Part shown: piece after piece, positions 16,222-20,000 of the stretch | Layout of the letters: every line of letters begins with the position of its first letter | How positions within the stretch are numbered: the stretch's first letter is position 1 | Assembly (NCBI GenBank): GCA_963848135.1 | Contig: CAWKCK010000018.1 | Span: 868,647-888,646 of the forward strand | Direction: 5' to 3' | DNA from: an uncultured delta proteobacterium | Lineage (GTDB): Bacteria > Desulfobacterota > Desulfobacteria > Desulfobacterales > SG8-13 | Length of the DNA: 20,000 nucleotides | The notes under the pieces: generated by a model | Told to the model about the DNA's origin: nothing | The model's input: the letters and a program-made list of their open reading frames with translations, nothing else | Databases searched by the model: none | Position numbers and translations under genes: made by a program

Positions 16222-18291
16222 ATGATAAAATCGGTAAAGATTGTGACAGTAATCGCGTTGATCATAGGGTTAGTTTGGACCTGGCCAACTAAGGTACATG
16301 CAATCAATCCCGCTCCAGCCTACATCGATGGAAATACGGGTGATTCATCAATCACGGTACACGCTTTCGATTGGAGTAGTCTGCAAGGGCAGACATACAG
16401 CTGGTGGAGCCAACAGACGATTGATGATTATATCCTCAACAACACTCAATTGCCTGATTTTAATGAATCTATAACTTTAGTTTTCAAAGATGGCAACGGT
16501 GTGTGGCGGCTGAATTTACCCTGGCCGGAGTCTCTTATACCAGATACCCCCTTCACTGATTCTTCCTGGTATTTTTTCTACTATCCCCCCTTCAATTGGG
16601 GACGCTGGGTGAACAGCGTCGGTTGGCTGTATACTTTTGTCACGGCAGCCATCGAAGAGGACCCAGCCGTGGACAACATCAATCAATACATCTATAATTT
16701 TGAGCCATGGTTAGGCGGCAGCAATGATGATGGGTTACTAGTAAACGACTGGGCTGCTTATGACGAATATGTGGGTAGAAAAACAAGATTAAACAAATTT
16801 ATGTATGGTCCGGATGATCCAAATGATTTTGTATACCCTTTCTGGGTTGACAATCTTGTTTTCAATCTTGGCTTCCCCAATTTCGACACTGAGCATATCC
16901 AGTGGGCTTTAGATAACGTCGCATCAGGCGGACAGGTCATTCTCAAAGGCGACTTTAGCTTTCTGCCGGGCTTTTACTCCGGAGGTGTTGCGCCTACACA
17001 GAGCGTTGAGATCACAGGCAATGATGCAGTCATACGAGGCGGGAGCAACACCTTCATAACGGGGCCACTTCCCTTCGACCCTGGGATGGATGTCACGATC
17101 CGAGACTTGACTATTGAAGAATTTTCATCCACCGGAATTTTTATTCTCAGCTCTCCTAATTCTGTCCCGTACGGCGATATAATTATTCACAATGTGACAT
17201 TGAAAGGTGCAAGAGCGAATCGGCTCGGAAGGTTTGGAATACTTATTGAGGGGAGGCAATATCCCTCAGCCTTTCCTGGATGGCCCCCCCTGGTCGCCGA
17301 CAGCATCAGGATTACTGACTGCCATATCGATCTGATTGGAGAGGATGGCAGTAGTTCCATAGTTCCTTACACTGCTAACGATAACTGGAAAGGCGGACAA
17401 GGTATTGTCATTGAGGAAGGTATCGGTACTGAGGAACAACCGGTCAACATTCTTGTCCACGGAAATACGGTGAGAAACACCTCACTTTTGGGGATATCGG
17501 TGTTCAACATTTCCGGCACGGTCGTCCTCGAGTATAACCATATCCGGCCAGGACCAATCGGAATGATGGTGGACGGCTACTCAGTTGGAAGCTCGGGTAT
17601 GATAACTGTACAATCTCTGGACATCTGGGGATGGGGCTATCCGGGAGAATATGCCCGTTATACCATATCTGACAACACGATCGAAAAAGAACATACAACT
17701 AGAGCGGATGGATCAACAGATTACACAACGGATACTTTCGTGATGGGCAGCAATGCCACTCAAGGAACGGTAGTCCGGAACAACCTGATGACATCCGCGC
17801 AAGGTATAGAGAGAGGTTCTTTCCTTTTTTTCAACTCAATTAGCGACGCCGACATCCGAGATAACACCTGTTCAGGCACAGCATTTGTCGGCATAAACTT
17901 GCCGGGCAATCCAAGAAACAACGTCCTAAAGCGGAATGACCTTAGCGGTCTCCTGACGAACCTTGCACAGATATGGCTCAGAGGAGAAGGTAACTCCCTG
18001 AAAAACAACGACATCGGGCCACCAGGGCAATGGGGGGGAATCGGAGTTTTAGGCGCTGACAACCAACTTGTCAACAATACCTTCCATGGAGACTACCCAG
18101 GTTGGTCAGTAGAATTTGGTCCTGACGAAAGTCCTTTTGAGAAGGGATGCATAGTCTTTGGTAGTAGTAGTGTTAATAATAGAGCTGTTGCTACCAAACT
18201 TGCAGATCAGCCGCACGGATTTGATGTATGTGGTCAAATACTGGATCGCGGAACAAATAATCTCGTGCCAGGATACGAGAAATGTGAATAA
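16222..18291 (+). CDS. Secreted right-handed parallel beta-helix repeat protein
   Basis: RBS AAGGAGG and signal peptide (..KVHA). Beta-helix cap DTEHIQWALD..GGQVILKG.F, then repeated G-I / I.xN.I strands (VTIRDLTI, ISDNTI, IRDNT, LVNNTF). Confidence 0.8.
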   Translation: MIKSVKIVTVIALIIGLVWTWPTKVHAINPAPAYIDGNTGDSSITVHAFDWSSLQGQTYSWWSQQTIDDYILNNTQLPDFNESITLVFKDGNGVWRLNLPWPESLIPDTPFTDSSWYFFYYPPFNWGRWVNSVGWLYTFVTAAIEEDPAVDNINQYIYNFEPWLGGSNDDGLLVNDWAAYDEYVGRKTRLNKFMYGPDDPNDFVYPFWVDNLVFNLGFPNFDTEHIQWALDNVASGGQVILKGDFSFLPGFYSGGVAPTQSVEITGNDAVIRGGSNTFITGPLPFDPGMDVTIRDLTIEEFSSTGIFILSSPNSVPYGDIIIHNVTLKGARANRLGRFGILIEGRQYPSAFPGWPPLVADSIRITDCHIDLIGEDGSSSIVPYTANDNWKGGQGIVIEEGIGTEEQPVNILVHGNTVRNTSLLGISVFNISGTVVLEYNHIRPGPIGMMVDGYSVGSSGMITVQSLDIWGWGYPGEYARYTISDNTIEKEHTTRADGSTDYTTDTFVMGSNATQGTVVRNNLMTSAQGIERGSFLFFNSISDADIRDNTCSGTAFVGINLPGNPRNNVLKRNDLSGLLTNLAQIWLRGEGNSLKNNDIGPPGQWGGIGVLGADNQLVNNTFHGDYPGWSVEFGPDESPFEKGCIVFGSSSVNNRAVATKLADQPHGFDVCGQILDRGTNNLVPGYEKCE

Positions 18292-18356
18292 TATTAGCAA
18301 ACAGAGTACAGACAGGGTCTGCAGTATATGACTATAAATAGCTTTGAGTAAAATAA

Positions 18357-19876
18357 CTCAACTTTCTGGATTAGATTTGCGAGGCAGAATTATGGTCTAA
18401 TTATTTGAAATCATGAAGAAATAAATTGAAGAGCCCCGTCTTTTGATTTATAATGGATTTGGCATAATTCATAATAATATCAAAAAGAAAGGGCTCAAAT
18501 GGACCATACCAACATTGCCTCCGAATCTCAAGGAAACATTCACGTTCAAAGCAAAATTGATGACTTTTTCGACCGATTCAGACTGGGCACCCTTCTGCAC
18601 CGCTGTGGGGTACGAAAACGCCACGGTCATAGTGTTCGCTCTTTGACACAAGCCATATTCACACTGCCATTTGTCGGTCAGAACTTCTTCCGCGGCATTG
18701 TTATCAACCAGGATCTTCCCTTCGGCAAAGATGCGGCCTATCAGTTGCTTAAAGGAACAACCTATAACTGGCGTCGATTGCTTCTTTGCCTCGGACGTCG
18801 TCTGTTCGCTTTTTTCGACAGGCTAACAAGCAAAGATAGAGAAACGGTTCTCATCATTGATGACAGTCCTTACGATCGCTCCAGATCCAAAATGGTTGAA
18901 CTGCTGTGCCGCGTCTGGGATCATAGTACGGGCCGTTATTTGAGAGGCTTTCGGATGCTCACCGTATGCTGGTCCGACGGTGCCAGTTGCCTGCCGTTGG
19001 ACTTCTCCCTGCTCTCCTCGGCCGATTCGAAAAAGCGTTTGTGCGGCAGTCAAAAACCTTTGGATAAACGCTGCTGTGCGCATCAACGCAGAAAAGAGGC
19101 GACGGTTAAGGCCACCGCGCATCTTGAAAACATGGTCAAACGCATACGGTCTGCTGGTATCTGTGCAAACTATCTTCTGATGGACAGCTGGTTCACGATG
19201 CCCGCTACCGTTACGGCCTTGGCAGAACATATTGATGTCGTCGGCATGGTGAAAAAGTCCTCCAAGATTTTCTACCGCTACAACGGGCATGCCATGGATC
19301 TGATGAATATCTATGGCAAATTGAAGAAACGACGGGGACGGGCCAAGGTATTGGCCAGCACCCTGGTGCAACTCAAAGATGGTCGGCAGGTTAAACTGGT
19401 CTTTGTCCGGGATAAACGCAAAAAGGACTGGCTGGCGCTGCTAACAACCGATATCAGTCTGCCCGATGCAGATGTTGTCCGCATCTACGGTAAGCGTTGG
19501 GATATCGAAGTGTTCTTCAAAATGGCCAAACAACATTTAAAACTGGCCAAAGAAATCCAGTGCCGTGACTTTGACGCCCTGATTGCTCATACGTCCATCG
19601 TGTTCATGCGGTATATGTTTTTGGCCTATCAGTGCCGAACCGAGACAGATCATCGAACTTTTGGAGAGCTTTTTTACCTCTGCTGTGATGAAGTCAGTGA
19701 TATCTCGTTCATTGAGGCGCTTTACCGGATTTTGACTCTGGCGAGCAATCAATTGAGAAATCTTGGCAACTTCTGTGAAAAAACAGCATCGGCATTCTTT
19801 GATGCTATCATGGACACCGCGCTGCAGTGTGTCGGCTTGTCAAAGAACAACTTGGCTACGAACACCGAAAGTTGAG
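18357..19876 (+). mobile_element. Complete IS4-family insertion sequence (1520 bp), probably ISPepr1 group
   Basis: TIRs CTCAACTTTC (18357-18366) and GAAAGTTGAG (19867-19876). 8-bp target duplication TAAAATAA at 18349-18356 and 19877-19884. Confidence 0.9.
18499..19875 (+). CDS. IS4-family DDE transposase
   Basis: LIIDDS, LMDSWF, and YREK motif YGKRWDIEVFFKMAK. The stop codon lies inside the right TIR. Confidence 0.93.
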   Translation: MDHTNIASESQGNIHVQSKIDDFFDRFRLGTLLHRCGVRKRHGHSVRSLTQAIFTLPFVGQNFFRGIVINQDLPFGKDAAYQLLKGTTYNWRRLLLCLGRRLFAFFDRLTSKDRETVLIIDDSPYDRSRSKMVELLCRVWDHSTGRYLRGFRMLTVCWSDGASCLPLDFSLLSSADSKKRLCGSQKPLDKRCCAHQRRKEATVKATAHLENMVKRIRSAGICANYLLMDSWFTMPATVTALAEHIDVVGMVKKSSKIFYRYNGHAMDLMNIYGKLKKRRGRAKVLASTLVQLKDGRQVKLVFVRDKRKKDWLALLTTDISLPDADVVRIYGKRWDIEVFFKMAKQHLKLAKEIQCRDFDALIAHTSIVFMRYMFLAYQCRTETDHRTFGELFYLCCDEVSDISFIEALYRILTLASNQLRNLGNFCEKTASAFFDAIMDTALQCVGLSKNNLATNTES

Positions 19877-19937
19877 TAAAATAACTATATTTGTCATTTC
19901 TGGCATTAACCACGACTTTCAAACACCCCGCAACAAG

Positions 19938-19972
19938 AAGGCCGACCACAACACCTGGTGGTTGGCCTTTTT
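19938..19972 (+). terminator. Intrinsic terminator
   Basis: AAGGCCGACCAC-loop-GTGGTTGGCCTT followed by a T tract. Confidence 0.7.
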
Positions 19973-20000
19973 CGTATAAAAGTTGTGATAAGATCTATAT

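Noticed and set aside
1..20000. CRISPR array, tRNA, rRNA, known riboswitch or dif site
   Set aside because: No regularly spaced repeat-spacer units and no convincing consensus matches seen by eye.

Overview
This window looks like deltaproteobacterial (Desulfobacterales-like) DNA; that assignment is an inference from gene families and style. The left ~4.4 kb is GC-rich and metabolic: the 3' end of carbamate kinase, an AgrE/ArgZ-C-terminal-like ornithine cyclodeaminase, threonine ammonia-lyase, DUF4197 and an alpha/beta hydrolase. A more AT-rich mosaic accessory region follows: a NYN-LOTUS protein, a membrane protein, a PaaI thioesterase, a GAF protein with a 4-Cys tail, a GC-rich sugar porter, an unannotated 56-aa zinc-ribbon ORF, and a PEP-CTERM-type protein behind a consensus sigma54 promoter. 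The most notable structure is at 12.6-15.1 kb. Here a decayed, non-IntI tyrosine recombinase with an A9 frameshift tract points away from a short array of integron-type gene cassettes, with two attC sites and matching cassette-boundary core sites. The window ends with a secreted beta-helix protein and a complete IS4-family element (10-bp TIRs, 8-bp TSD).
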